Shown in pieces: positions 1 through 11,400 of a DNA stretch of 64,000 nt. Under the pieces are notes generated by a model that saw only the letters and a list, made by a program, of their open reading frames with translations, had not been told where the DNA came from and ran no database searches. A program made the position numbers and the translations under genes. Source of the stretch: the human T2T-CHM13v2.0 reference genome, Homo sapiens; the NCBI RefSeq assembly GCF_009914755.1, contig NC_060927.1. One strand, given 5' to 3'. How positions within the stretch are numbered: the first letter of the stretch is position 1; every line of letters starts with the position of its first letter.

Positions 1-429
1 TGTAATGGCTTGCCACAAATGGACTCCCTTCCAAAGGCAAGCTGCCCAACTTGATAATTTCTTTGAAGGCTCACATTCTGCTGCTGTCTCCTTCTACCCA
101 AGTGCTGAGCAGAAGCCATGTGTGGAGCCAGGCTTCTACCATGGGGACCCACCCACAGCCCAGTGCAGAAAAGGACATTCATGCTGAATGTGCAACTGTC
201 AGAATAAGCTACCGACTGTGCACTGAAGGAGACTCAGTTTTTCTTGCTCTAATAAATACTATAGAATACTTCTAGTAAAAACAACTATAGGGCACAAGCC
301 CTGCCCAAGAGCTTTATTTTTCTAGTCAATCCTCTCAACAAGGGCAATCAGTTGGTAATACCCAAACAGACAAAACTCCCTGTATTTAACACTGTTTGCT
401 TAATTGTAAAATAGCAGTGATGACAGAAA

Positions 430-620
430 CCACAACTGACTGCACACCTGCCTGGTGCCAGACCCTGTCCTAGGCAATGGGAGTGAAAGGTGAGAAAAAC
501 ACATTTTCTTCTCACAGCATTAAGGAGCTCATGGGGTCGGGATGGAGACAGACATTTAAACAGGGGATTTACAACAAAGCAAATCACAAACAACACAATG
601 TTTAAAGGGAAGCTTGAGCA
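430..620 (-). mobile_element. L2 LINE 3' fragment
   Basis: Degenerate L2 3' pattern (tgccagaccctgtcctaggc...aaggagctcatgg...ggagacagacat). Confidence 0.55.
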
Positions 621-789
621 AGTCAGAGACATTTTTTGCTAATGCAGGACTAAAAGGAAGCTATTTGGCTTCCCAAAATAATTTTCTATGAAAACCCTTC
701 CAGATTGTATTTAAAATAGAATTGGGTTTAGAGAAGGACGGGAAAACAGAGAGATGCAGACCCAACATCCAATCTTCATTGCTATGCAT

Positions 790-960
790 CTTTCCCCCAT
801 TAATCTTCACAGTAACTCCCATTATGTTATCACCACTTGATTATCTTTGTTTCTCAGATAAGAAAAAAACTGAGGCTCAGAGAGGTTAAGAGACCAAAGC
901 CAGGTCACACAGCAGCACTAAATCTGAATGCAAGTGTGTAAAATTGTCAAGCCCATGTGT
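790..960 (+). mobile_element. MIR SINE
   Basis: MIR core cagataagaaaaaaactgaggctcagagaggttaag...aggtcacacagc. Confidence 0.75.
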
Positions 961-1799
961 TCTCCAGCACCCAGCAATCTTTTCCGGAATGCAGACATAA
1001 TACGAATAAGGGACCCCCTTGTATTATAGAACCTGGAACTTGAGAAACCCCCAGGCTGAATTGGAGGTGTTGAGTCCTGTTTCTTCATTTCTTTTTCCCC
1101 TTTCTCCTCCTGCTAAACACAGCTGCTTCACCTTACCAAGCCCAAAATTCATTGCTGCTGGTGTTCAGGCCTGAGCTCAGCTCTCTGGGGACCATGTTTG
1201 AGGAGCTTGGTGACTCAGGCCCTCCGCTCTAAATTCCTATTAAGCACTCTAGATTTAATAGCTGCTATTAATACAAATTATGCTTCATTAAGCATGAAGC
1301 TAAGGAGAATGCAACTTGGAGGCTCCAGTTCAATACAGGACTGAAGGACAAACAGAACGGCTATTTTTAATCCTGGCAATGTCAGTGGGGAGAGAACAGC
1401 CTAACATTGCATGTGCCTGTCCCTACTTCTGCAAATTGAGTTTTCACATTTTCAAATAAGCATCCCTTGTTTTCAGCTTGTGATGTGTGACAGAGGTAAA
1501 CCTTTCTAATCCTTGAGAGCTAGTAGTATCAAGAACATTTTTCCCTTCAGGAAACTTTTTTTCTACAAAACCTAAGAAGGTACAGGGAGCGAGAAGCTAC
1601 CAGCAGGTCCCCTAGCAGGGGTTTCCGTTAGAAATCTTTCTGCAGACTCCAACTCCACACCTCAGTGAAGGCTCATGGGCTGGGGGTTAGGAAACCTTGC
1701 TATGCCACCCTATTCACCTCGCTGGTTTTATAGACTGTGTTCTATTCAGAGGCAGCTCAAAAGTAGGCAAAAATCATAACTGTGGAGTTCTTCTAGATT

Positions 1800-1995
1800 G
1801 GCAATCAGTAAGTATTTTCTGTAAAAGGCCAGAAAACAAACATTTTAGGCTTTGTAAGACCTATAATCTCTGCAATTGCCGCACAAAAGCCACTACAGAC
1901 TACACGTAAAGGTATGCGCATGACCGTGTTCCAATAAAACTTTATCTGCAAAAATTAGGTGTAGGCCAGATTTGGACCACAGGCCATAGCACCCT
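1800..1995. mobile_element. MER58-like hAT-Charlie MITE
   Basis: ttttctgtaaaaggccaga...ttttaggcttt and gtgttccaataaaacttta...ggccagatttggaccacaggccatag match MER58A hallmarks. Confidence 0.75.
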
Positions 1996-2040
1996 ACTTC
2001 TGTCTGCTTCAAATTGTCTGTCTCATCATAGATTTTGTTG

Positions 2041-2313
2041 TCATGGGTATAACCTTAGTTTTGTAAGAATATGTTATGACAACTCTGTTTACCTACAAAA
2101 TTGTGACAGCTGACAGTCATTTAAAAAGAAATTCTCTGTGTGATACCAGTACAGGCTTATGGCATTACCATGTTTGGATGGCTCGAATTTAGTTGTTAGT
2201 CCCACTATGTTCAACTAAGTCTGTATCACATTGATGGGGGTGCAATTTGCAATCAGCACTTTAGCTGATAAGTCAATTTGGATATTTTTGTATTTTATAT
2301 AGTACATGATCAT
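2041..2313 (-). pseudogene. Candidate endogenous bornavirus-like matrix element (EBLM), decayed
   Basis: One minus frame from ATG at 2313 reads MIMYYIKYKNIQIDLSAKVLIANCTPINVIQT*LNIVGLTTKFEPSKHGNAISLYWYHTENFFLNDCQLSQFCR*TELS*HILTKL. By eye it is collinear with BDV M (KHSYVELKDKVIV; FTIDVEPAGHSLVNIYF; SLSVY; YMFLRL), with an internal deletion. Confidence 0.6.
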
Positions 2314-2389
2314 TTTTGTTATAAGAATCTGACAATGAGTACACTGCCCTTTCTTCTAATGAAATGTTCTAGTTTACCCACTATAGTAG

Positions 2390-2520
2390 GTAAGATATCT
2401 GTTTGGCTAATTTTCATTCCTACCTCCTTTTGAGAAGTTCCTTGCCCTTCAATTTGATGTTATTGCTTTGGCCAATGAGATATTAGAGCACATAAAGGGA
2501 GGAGAAGCTTGAAATGACAG
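2390..2520 (+). mobile_element. MLT1-like (MaLR) LTR fragment
   Basis: ttgctttggccaatgagatattag...agaagcttgaaatg is typical of MLT1 LTRs. Confidence 0.5.
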
Positions 2521-3395
2521 GTCTGAGCATGCTTTCCACCATAAGTCATTCCAATAAGGTGATAGAGCTGCTTCCAAGAGTATATGAGGAATAGGGTAAG
2601 CCCTTGAATAAGATTGCTAGGGGAAAAAGAAAACAAAATTAAAAAAAAAAAAACAGATTGCTAGGCCAGATGCAAAACTAGTCACTGTCTTACAGGGCAG
2701 TAAGACCACAACTGAGGGTTGGCAAGGGAGAGGTTATTTTCTGTTAAACAGATTACAAATTGGCATATAACTTGACAATGTCTGGACCAAAATAGTGAAT
2801 AGCAAGGTCAGACACAGGTACATTCTCATAGATATTAAAAATTAATCTTCAGTTGAACCTGTTAACCATTGGAAGGATATCTGCCTGCATTTTTGCCTTA
2901 TTCTCAAGCTTTAAGCAATTTTTCTTCATAATGTTGAGGGCTACATAATGATCCCAAAGAATGGTCTTGAAGTTGTAAAGGAAAGTCAGTGCCTAAGCAA
3001 CAGCACTCAGGAATTTCCTAGGTGCAGCAGATCTGTTGACTCATGCAATGATGCGGCCATTCATTGTAAATAAACCATAGGTTTTGTGTACCCTGTTGCC
3101 TCAGCTGTTCCACCCAGTGTCAGGGGCAGAATGGCCAGAAACCCCATGATAAAGGAAGGCACAGGTCTTTCTTCCCATGCAGTGGCTTTTGTGGACTGGC
3201 TTAGACTGAGAACAATTGCAGCATCAGTAGATCCACTTGAAGCTCCACTTCAATTTCTTTAGCTTTCCCTGACATTGAGGCCACTAAGAAGGTTCGAACT
3301 CATCCAAATGGGTTAAAATGAATAGTCATCTGATTTTATTGGCCTCACTATATCTATATAAAGCAAATACGTCAAGACTCCAGAATTGTCATGGT
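2521..3395 (-). pseudogene. Candidate endogenous bornavirus-like nucleoprotein element (EBLN), frameshifted
   Basis: Non-repeat, codon-like minus-strand DNA with long stop-poor frames (PVPSFIMGFLAILPLTLGG; LFTMNGRIIA*VNRSAAPRKFLSAVA; DLAIHYFGPDIVKL; QPSVVVLLPCKTVTSFASG) showing patchy similarity to BDV N. Exact register is ambiguous. Confidence 0.5.
2611..2665 (+). mobile_element. Poly(A)-only retroinsertion with 11-bp TSD
   Basis: agattgctagg at 2611-2621 and 2655-2665 flanks a 33-bp A-rich insert. Confidence 0.75.
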
Positions 3396-3409
3396 AATAA
3401 CAGTATGCC

Positions 3410-3607
3410 TAAAGCTGAGACAGCCTCTGCAACTATTAAGGAAAGGGAGAAACACTGACCTTGAGTCCTGACATTGTTGGACCACTCAGTGAACCCTGGA
3501 ATACCCAACCTTACTTATCCTAAAGTAAATCATAAATGTCCTTATGGTTTAGCCAATGTTGATTGGGTTTCTGCTTACATGAGGCCAAATGCACCCTAAT
3601 TAAAACA
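3410..3607 (+). mobile_element. ERVL/MaLR LTR 3' fragment (LTR16/MLT1-like)
   Basis: cataaatgtccttatggtttagcca...ttgggtttctg...ccctaattaaaaca resembles an LTR 3' end. Confidence 0.55.
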
Positions 3608-3655
3608 GTGTGTGTGTATGTGTGTGTGTGGTGTGTGTGGTGTGTGTGTATGTAT
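3608..3655. repeat. (TG)n imperfect microsatellite
   Basis: Direct observation. Confidence 0.95.
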
Positions 3656-4019
3656 ATGAAGATAAGGAGGTGAGGCAAGACCTCTCTCTTAAAATGAGCC
3701 TACAGACCCAAATTCCGAATGCATGAGGAAATCAAATGCAATGGAAGACAAAATAATCAAATATGAATTCATTCCAGATGAGAGTAAAATTATAGACACT
3801 CTGATGATGACTTTAAATATGTCTAGGATCCTTATGAGAAGAATTATAAGTAAAAGTGACAGGAATTATGAGACAAAATAATGCATAAATTAAAATCACA
3901 GTCAGCTATTGAAATATATTTAATTTTCAAGATTTCTGATTCTGTTCATTATCTTTTTATATTTTTTCTATTTTAAGCATTTTAAAGATGCTTTGGCCAG
4001 TATCAAATTGATACTCCTA

Positions 4020-4370
4020 AGGGTGTATCAATTTGACTTGACTAAAAGTCCCAGAAATATTAAAGATGACAAGATAGAAAAATATGCCTCAAAGAATGTA
4101 GAAATTACATAAAGAACTAAATTGTCTAATTTTATGTTTAACAGTTTCCCAAATGTGACAACAACTCTATTGTCCCAAATGTGACATTTATGGAAATAAA
4201 GTGTACAACTGAAAAACAATTTCCAAAACTATTGATGACAAAAAGCAAATTTGGATCAACCACACTAGAAGATTGATTGATTTACTATTTAATTCTCTCT
4301 ATAAACAATGACATTGCCAAATTATTGACATGTGAGAAGGCAATCCAAAGAAGCAGCCAAAAATGTACTG
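4020..4370 (+). mobile_element. hAT (Tip100/Zaphod-like) transposase C-terminal relic
   Basis: Degenerate hAT dimerisation-domain pattern (FPNV..., FPKLL..K.KFGSTTLE..L....ILSI..DI). Confidence 0.55.
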
Positions 4371-4639
4371 AGAGGAGCTAATCCAGGAAACTCTATTTAT
4401 TAGATGATGCTGAAGGCCAGTGTCATAACTCCACATCCCAGCACTAGCTGCATCTCCAGCCCCTCAGCACAGGTGCTGCCCTTGATCGGGCAGAGCACCT
4501 GACTCAGTACTCAGGGACACAGCACAGATTCTGAACACTAGTGGTAGGATGCAACTAAGCACTGTGACTTGCACCTCTCCACCCTGTGCCTACCTAGACA
4601 GCCAATCATCCCAATTGAACCCTGAACTAATACATGAGG

Positions 4640-5050
4640 TTGAGGTTTCTTTAGCTTACGATATACAAATCAAGGATTTCTGTCCTTTGACAAGCATTAC
4701 CAATAGACCTGTAACCAGGTAAAATCTCTATTCACTGAATCAGAAACTTTAACCTTCAATTTCTTTAGCTTTTTGACTTTGAGCCCTGAGGCCAGTACTG
4801 ATTAGTGAAGTTGTTGCAAGTAGTGGCAAATAACCCTATGGCTGTCTCTCCTTCAAAAGCTATTTTATTCGGGCTGCAGAGTCTGGAAGGCAGGCCGCTG
4901 TCCCCATTTCCCAGTTCCCTGTGGGTTTTGTTGTACTGTATTTTAGAGACAACTTACATGGAATACAGTCCTCCAATGTGAGACAGCTGATCATAGCCCA
5001 CATAACCACTGCTCCAGACCCCAAAAGCAGCCCTGCCCCATCTGTCATTA
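4640..5050 (-). pseudogene. Second candidate EBLN (N-terminal part of a bornavirus-like N)
   Basis: ORF 4860-5048 and its continuation give IPCKLSLKYS~LPGKF-LQYT, LPLLATTSLISTGLRAQ~TPSLVFLCLLIPGLHAA and (shifted frame) NRDFTWLQV~QRDLTELEI versus BDV N. It shares KAKEIE and an 18-nt identity with the 3250 region. Confidence 0.55.
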
Positions 5051-5189
5051 TTTAACCTTATCCATGTAACTGACCAAGATTGTTTAAAATAGCCTGTCGT
5101 GCAAAAATGCAATACAATATGCCAGATCTTTGAATTTAGCCATGGCAATTTTTCTGGTTCTTAGTCTTCCACTAAAAAAAATTATGTAG

Positions 5190-5540
5190 AGCAGATGTTG
5201 CAAACTAAACCCACAATGTGTTCAGTTAGGCCTACACAAAATTTTTACTAATTTTAAACTATTTAACAATAAAAATCAGGATACTTCACCGTCAGATCCA
5301 CTTTTAAATTCAAATTTCTGCTTCTTTGGGAATATCACGGGCAATAGCCACACGGAGCTGGCACTCCTGCTTGGCACAGCATGTGTGGCTGGAGAGGGAG
5401 CAGCTCACTTCTTCAGAAAGGGCATGTTCCCTGCCCCTCAGTTCCCCACAGTCTCTACTTGTCTAACAGTTGGCTTCGCAGCTCCCTCCCTCTTTTACAT
5501 TACCTGCCTGGATTCTGTAGGAGTTTGGGTTTGTGGTCCT
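5190..5540. mobile_element. MER102-like hAT relic
   Basis: Degenerate match to MER102-type Charlie MITE. Confidence 0.4.
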
Positions 5541-5599
5541 TCATAACATCACAAGCACAGCAAAACCAGCATAGGTCTAACTAAGAGGGAAAAAAAATG

Positions 5600-6240
5600 A
5601 CCTGGAATCCTGCCTTTCTAACTGCCTTCCACTAAAGTCAGTGTTCACTGGCTGGGTGACTCTTGACAAGTTCTATAACTTTTAGGAGTCTTGCTTTTCT
5701 CCAGGGTAAAATGAGGCTAACGGTACAGATCCTGCATGATGTTTATGAGGATTAAATAGTATAATATTTGCACAGCACCTGGTAGCTATTATTATGATTA
5801 GTTTATTCAGTCATAAGCCATACCCCATTTCTTAAAGATGGGCCTAAAGCCAGCTAGGGCCTAGCAGAGATCAGAAACATGCTGTGAATGCTGTTTCATA
5901 TGCAACTTATACAACATATAGCTTGAAAACACATTTTTAAATATTTCATTAATTCCTCACAATGATCTTGGGAGGTCGCTATTGTTATTACCTATATTTA
6001 ATATGCGAGGTTGTTGAGGCTTAACAGAGTCCCAGCCCCTGTAATATCCTGAGTACATCTTGGCATCACAGCACTTGCCAATTACATTATAATAGTTATC
6101 TATGCCTATGTCTGCTTTTCTTCCCAGGCTGTGAGATCTTTGAAATTAGGGACAAATTGAAGTCACCACTGCAACTCTGCTGGATCACAGAGTGTCAGGC
6201 CCAGGAAAAGTGCTCAGCCAGCTCTGGCTAAATCAATCAG
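5600..6240. mobile_element. MIR (minus), MIR (plus) and L2 fragments
   Basis: gtaaaatgaggcta...gaggattaaat; attaattcctcacaa...gaggcttaa; ctgtgagatctttga...gtgctcag. Confidence 0.55.
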
Positions 6241-6669
6241 TCTATGGACAAAGCCCCAAGGTCAGAGAACCAGTGAGTAACTGTGAGTCAGGTGCAGCCC
6301 TAGATCCACTTCCAGTCCACTGTTCTCTCCTTTCCTCAGTAGTGCTGATATTTTTCCTTCACTTCCTCAAACTTCTGAGCCTACAGCTTCTTCACCAGGC
6401 AGAAGCTGGGAATTTCGCCTGTGCAGTCAAACGTGGAACCCAGGCTGCTGATGGGGGCTCCAGTAGAAAGAAATGTGATGTCACCCATTAGGTACTAGAG
6501 GGAGTGGTTGTCTTCTATAAAGCTGCTGATGCTTTGCAGCCCAGGCTGCCCCTCTTTCCTCACAGTACTCTGCCATGCACCCTAAACCAGGTCTCAAGCA
6601 CTCGGACACCTCACCCACTGTGCAATAACATGGAAACCTTGTAACCAGCAAAACAAAACACACTATAAC

Positions 6670-8048
6670 AAGTTTTAAAATGAGAGTTACTGAAGTTTAA
6701 CTTACATACCAAAAGTCAGCCATTTTAAGTGTACAATTTTATTAGTTTTGACAAATTGAATATAATCTTTTAACCACCACCACAGTCAAGATATAGAATA
6801 TTTGCATTACTCCCAAAACATTCCCTTTGGCCTCTATCCCAACTTTCTTTCTTCAGGCAACCACTGATCTGGATCCCATCACTGCACTTCAGCTTTTTCT
6901 AGAATATCATACAATGGAAGAATAAAGTATATGGTCTTTTAGGTCTGGCTTTTTCACTCAACATGATGCTTTTAGGATTTATCTGTGTTGTTCCACATAT
7001 CATTAGGTTGATCCTTTTTATTGCTAAGTAGTATTCCATTGTATGAATGTATCAAAATTTACTTATCCATTCACCTGTTAGTGGACATATAAGTTGTTTC
7101 TAGTTTTTGTCTATGTTGAATAAAGTTGCCATGAACGTTTGTATACAAATCTTTATGTGGCATATGTTTTCTTTTCTCTAAGATGAATACACAGAAGTAG
7201 AATGGCTGGAAGATAAGGTAAATATATGTTTAACTTTATAAGACAATACCGAATTATTACCTAAAGAGCCTATCCTGCTTTGCTCTTGCGTCAGCAATTT
7301 ACAAGAGTTCCAGGTGTTCCACATTCTGTTTGACATTTGGTATCATTAGTCTTTTTATATCTGGCCATGTTCATGTGTATGTAGTGGTATTTCATTGAGG
7401 TACCATTAATTTGGAGTTCCCCTGTGACAAATAATGTTAAGCATCTTTTTATATGCTTATTTGCCATTCATATATCTTCTGTGGTAAAGAGCCTGATCAA
7501 ATCTTTTGCCTTTTTAAAAATTTCAATGTTTTGATTCTTAATACTGAATTTTGAGAGTTCTTTATATATTCTGGATATAAGTCCTTTATTCAATATACAG
7601 TTGGCAAAAATTTTGTCCCAGTCTGAGGCTTGTATTTTCACTGTCTCTTTTTTTTTAACTTTTATTTTAGATTCAGGAGTATATGCAAAAGGTTATATAG
7701 GTAAACTCATATCACAGGAGTTTGGCAAACAGATTGTTTCATTACTCAGGTTCTAAGCATGGTACCCGATAGTTATTTTTCCCGACCGTCCCTCAAGTAG
7801 GCCCCATTTTCTTAAGATAGTCTTTAAAAGGGCAAAAGATTTGATTTTCATGAAGTTCAATTTATCAAATTTCTTTTATACTTTCTGCTTTCTGTGTTTT
7901 ATCTAAGAAATCTTTACTTAAGCCAAGGTCAAAAAACTTGCCTCTATGTTTTCCTATAGAAGTTTTATGGTTTTAGCTTTTATATGAAAGTACTATCTAT
8001 TTAGGGTTAATTTTTATATATATTGTATAAGGTCAAGATCAAGGTTCA
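6670..8048 (-). mobile_element. L1MB-type 3' end, with a nested short L1PA15/16-like 3' fragment at ~7648-7805
   Basis: Antisense L1M 3'UTR/ORF2 motifs (gtagtattccattgtatgaat, tatattctggatataagtcc); poly-T-led younger fragment inside. Confidence 0.8.
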
Positions 8049-8049
8049 G

Positions 8050-8392
<343 letters not shown>

Positions 8393-8404
8393 TAAAAACT
8401 GAAA

Positions 8405-11400
8405 AAGCCAAGATGGCAAACTAGACTCAGCCAGGAAGAGCTTCTGTCACTGACAGACCAGACCATTAAGAAGACCAGCACATTCCGAGCAGATCTTCAA
8501 GAGGAAGGCGCTGAGAGCAAACAGAGGGAGGACACAGACCCTGGGCTGAAGTGAGAGGAATCTGGGAACCCTGCACAGGGTTGCTGAGCACCAGGACTTG
8601 TTCCTGGCCCCAAGTAGCTCCTGGGGAAAGAGTTACAACAGGCATGGAGTGAGCCACACTTGCCATGGGCCTCTGGAAATCCTAGATGCAAAAGACCCCA
8701 CAACCCACAATGACATTTGAGTTGGCATGGAGAGCTGTTTAAAACGTTGGCAGGACCAGGGATCCAGTCTGTGTAGAGCCCAAAAGGTTTAATGTGGCAG
8801 TGGGGGCAGTGGAGCATGGCCAGGAATGCTCATCCACCAAGACTTGCCATGTTCCTCTAGGAGGCTTTGGCCTTTGTTGACTGTCAGACCTGGACAGAAC
8901 AGGGATATCCTGCCTAGGGGAAGGGGTCAGTCTGATCTGAACACTGCCCTGTATGCCAGCCTCTCCCAGGGTCCCTGCCTGGTCACACCTGCTTACAACA
9001 CAGCCTCGGTTGCCCAATCAGGGCACTTCCCAGCAGCTACCACCATAACTCTTTCACTGGCAGACTCCTCCTAACCATCAGAAAGCTTTTGCAGATGGGC
9101 CCTGTCAGCTCACACCCACTCACAGTCTGCCCCAACTGCATTGCTGGCAAATGCATGCAATGTGGACCTTACCACCTCACCACCATTGGCATACACGTGC
9201 AAGCACAAATACCACTGCCACTGCCCTGACAAAGTGCTTTTTCTGGCACCCCCGTCAGAGTATTGTTGCCAGTGGACCAGGAACACCTCAGCCCCTCCAA
9301 TACAGCAGATGCTTAACCTTGAGGCGCCAGAGAATAAAGACACGGGCCTGGTCCCAGCCACTCAGGGTTAGAGCACTCAGCCAAGGAGTGCTGAGCTGAG
9401 ACTTGGCACCTTGAAATCATCCAGAAGGAAAGCCAGTTGACTAAACCCAACCTATACCACAGTCAAAACCTCAAGAGCATCAAATAATATAAAAGCAGGA
9501 AGCCCCAACTAAAGGACAGCAACTTCAAAAATTAAAGGAATATTAGCCCACAGAGATGAGAAAAACACAGTGCAAGAACTCTGGCAATGCTAAAAGCAAG
9601 AGTGTCTCCCACCTCCAGATGACTGCACTAGCTCCCCAGCAATGGTGCTTAACCAGACTGAAATGGTTAAAATGACAGACACAGAATTCAAAATCTGGAT
9701 GGCAATAAAGATCATCAAATTCAGAAGAAAATTGAAACCCAATCCAAGGCATCTAAGAAATCCAGTAAAATGACTAAAGAGCTGAAAGACAAAATAGCCA
9801 TTTTAAGAAAGAACCAAATTGATCTGATAGAGCTGAAAAACTCACAATAATAATTTCATAATACAATCAAAAATATTAACAGCAGAATAGATTAAGCTGA
9901 GTAAAGACTCTCAGAGCTCAAATACTGATTCCTTGATCAACTCAGTCTGACAAAAATAAAGAAAAAAGAATTTTAAACAATAAGCAGAACCTCCAAGAAA
10001 TATGAGATTATGTAGAGACGAAACGTATGACTCACTGGCATCCCTGAAAGACAGAAAGAGAGAAAAATCAACTTGGAAAACATTCAAGGATACTGTCCAT
10101 GAAAATTTCCCCAACTTCACTAAAGAGGTTGACATTCAAATTCAGGAAATTCAGAGAACCCCTGCAAGATACTATATAAGATGACCATCACTGAGACACA
10201 TAGTCATCAGATTATCCAAGGTCAACATAAAAGAGAAAATATTAAAGACAGCTAGAGAGAAGAGGCAGGTCAACTTCAAAGAGAACCCCATAAGGCTACC
10301 AGTGGGCCTTTCCACAGAAACCCCATAAGCCCAAGGAGATTGGGGGCCTATATTCAGCATTAAGGGAACCTCATAAGGCCACCAGTGGACTCTATAAGCC
10401 CAAGGAGATTGAGGGCCTATATTTATCATCCGTAAAGAAAATAAATTCCAAACAAGAATTTTATATCCAGCCAAACTAAGCTTCATAAGCAAAAGAAAAA
10501 CAAAATCCTTTTAAGACAACCAAATGCTAAGGGAATTTCTTACCACAAAACCTGCATTACAAGAAGTCTTCAAGGGAGCACTAAATATGGAAACAAAAGA
10601 CCATTATAGGCCACCACAAAAACAAACTTAAGTACATAGACTATATACACTATAAAGCAACTGCACAATCAAGTCTACATTAAAAACCAGCTAACAACAT
10701 GACAGGACCAATCCACACATATTAATAGTAACCTTGAACATACACAGGCTAAACATCCCACTAAAAAGGCACAGAGTAGCAAGCTGGATAATGAAGCAAT
10801 ACCCAACAATATGCTATCATCAAGACACCCACCTTATGTGTAATACACACATAGGCTAAAAGTAAAAGGATGGAGAAAGATCTGTCAAACAAATGGAAAA
10901 CAAAAAACAGCAGGGATTGCTATTCTTATTTTGGACAAAATAGACTTTAAACCAACAATAATCCAAAAGGGTGTCACATCATGATAAAAGGTTCCATTCA
11001 ACAAGAAGACTTAACTATCCTAAATATATATGCACCCAACACTGGAGCACCCAGATTCATAAAACAAGTTCTTAGAGACCTACAAAGAAACTTGAATCAT
11101 CACTCAATAATAGTGGAAGACTTCAACACCCCACTGACAGTATTAGAAAAACCACTGAGGCAGAAAAATAACAAATATATTTGGGACCCAAACTCAACTC
11201 TTGACCAATTGGACTTTACAGATATCTACAGAACACTCCACCCAAAAACAAGAGAATAAACATTCTTTTCATCAGCATGTTGTGCACATTCTAAAATTAA
11301 TGACATGCTTGGCCATAAAGCAATTCTCAAAAAATTTAATAAAACCAAAATCATACCAACCACACTCTCAGACCACAGCACGAAAGTAGAAATTAACACC

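Noticed and set aside
3300-3345. SDDY/TIHF resemblance to bornavirus L protein
   Set aside because: Very short, needs a frameshift, and is not supported by flanking collinearity; N fits better.
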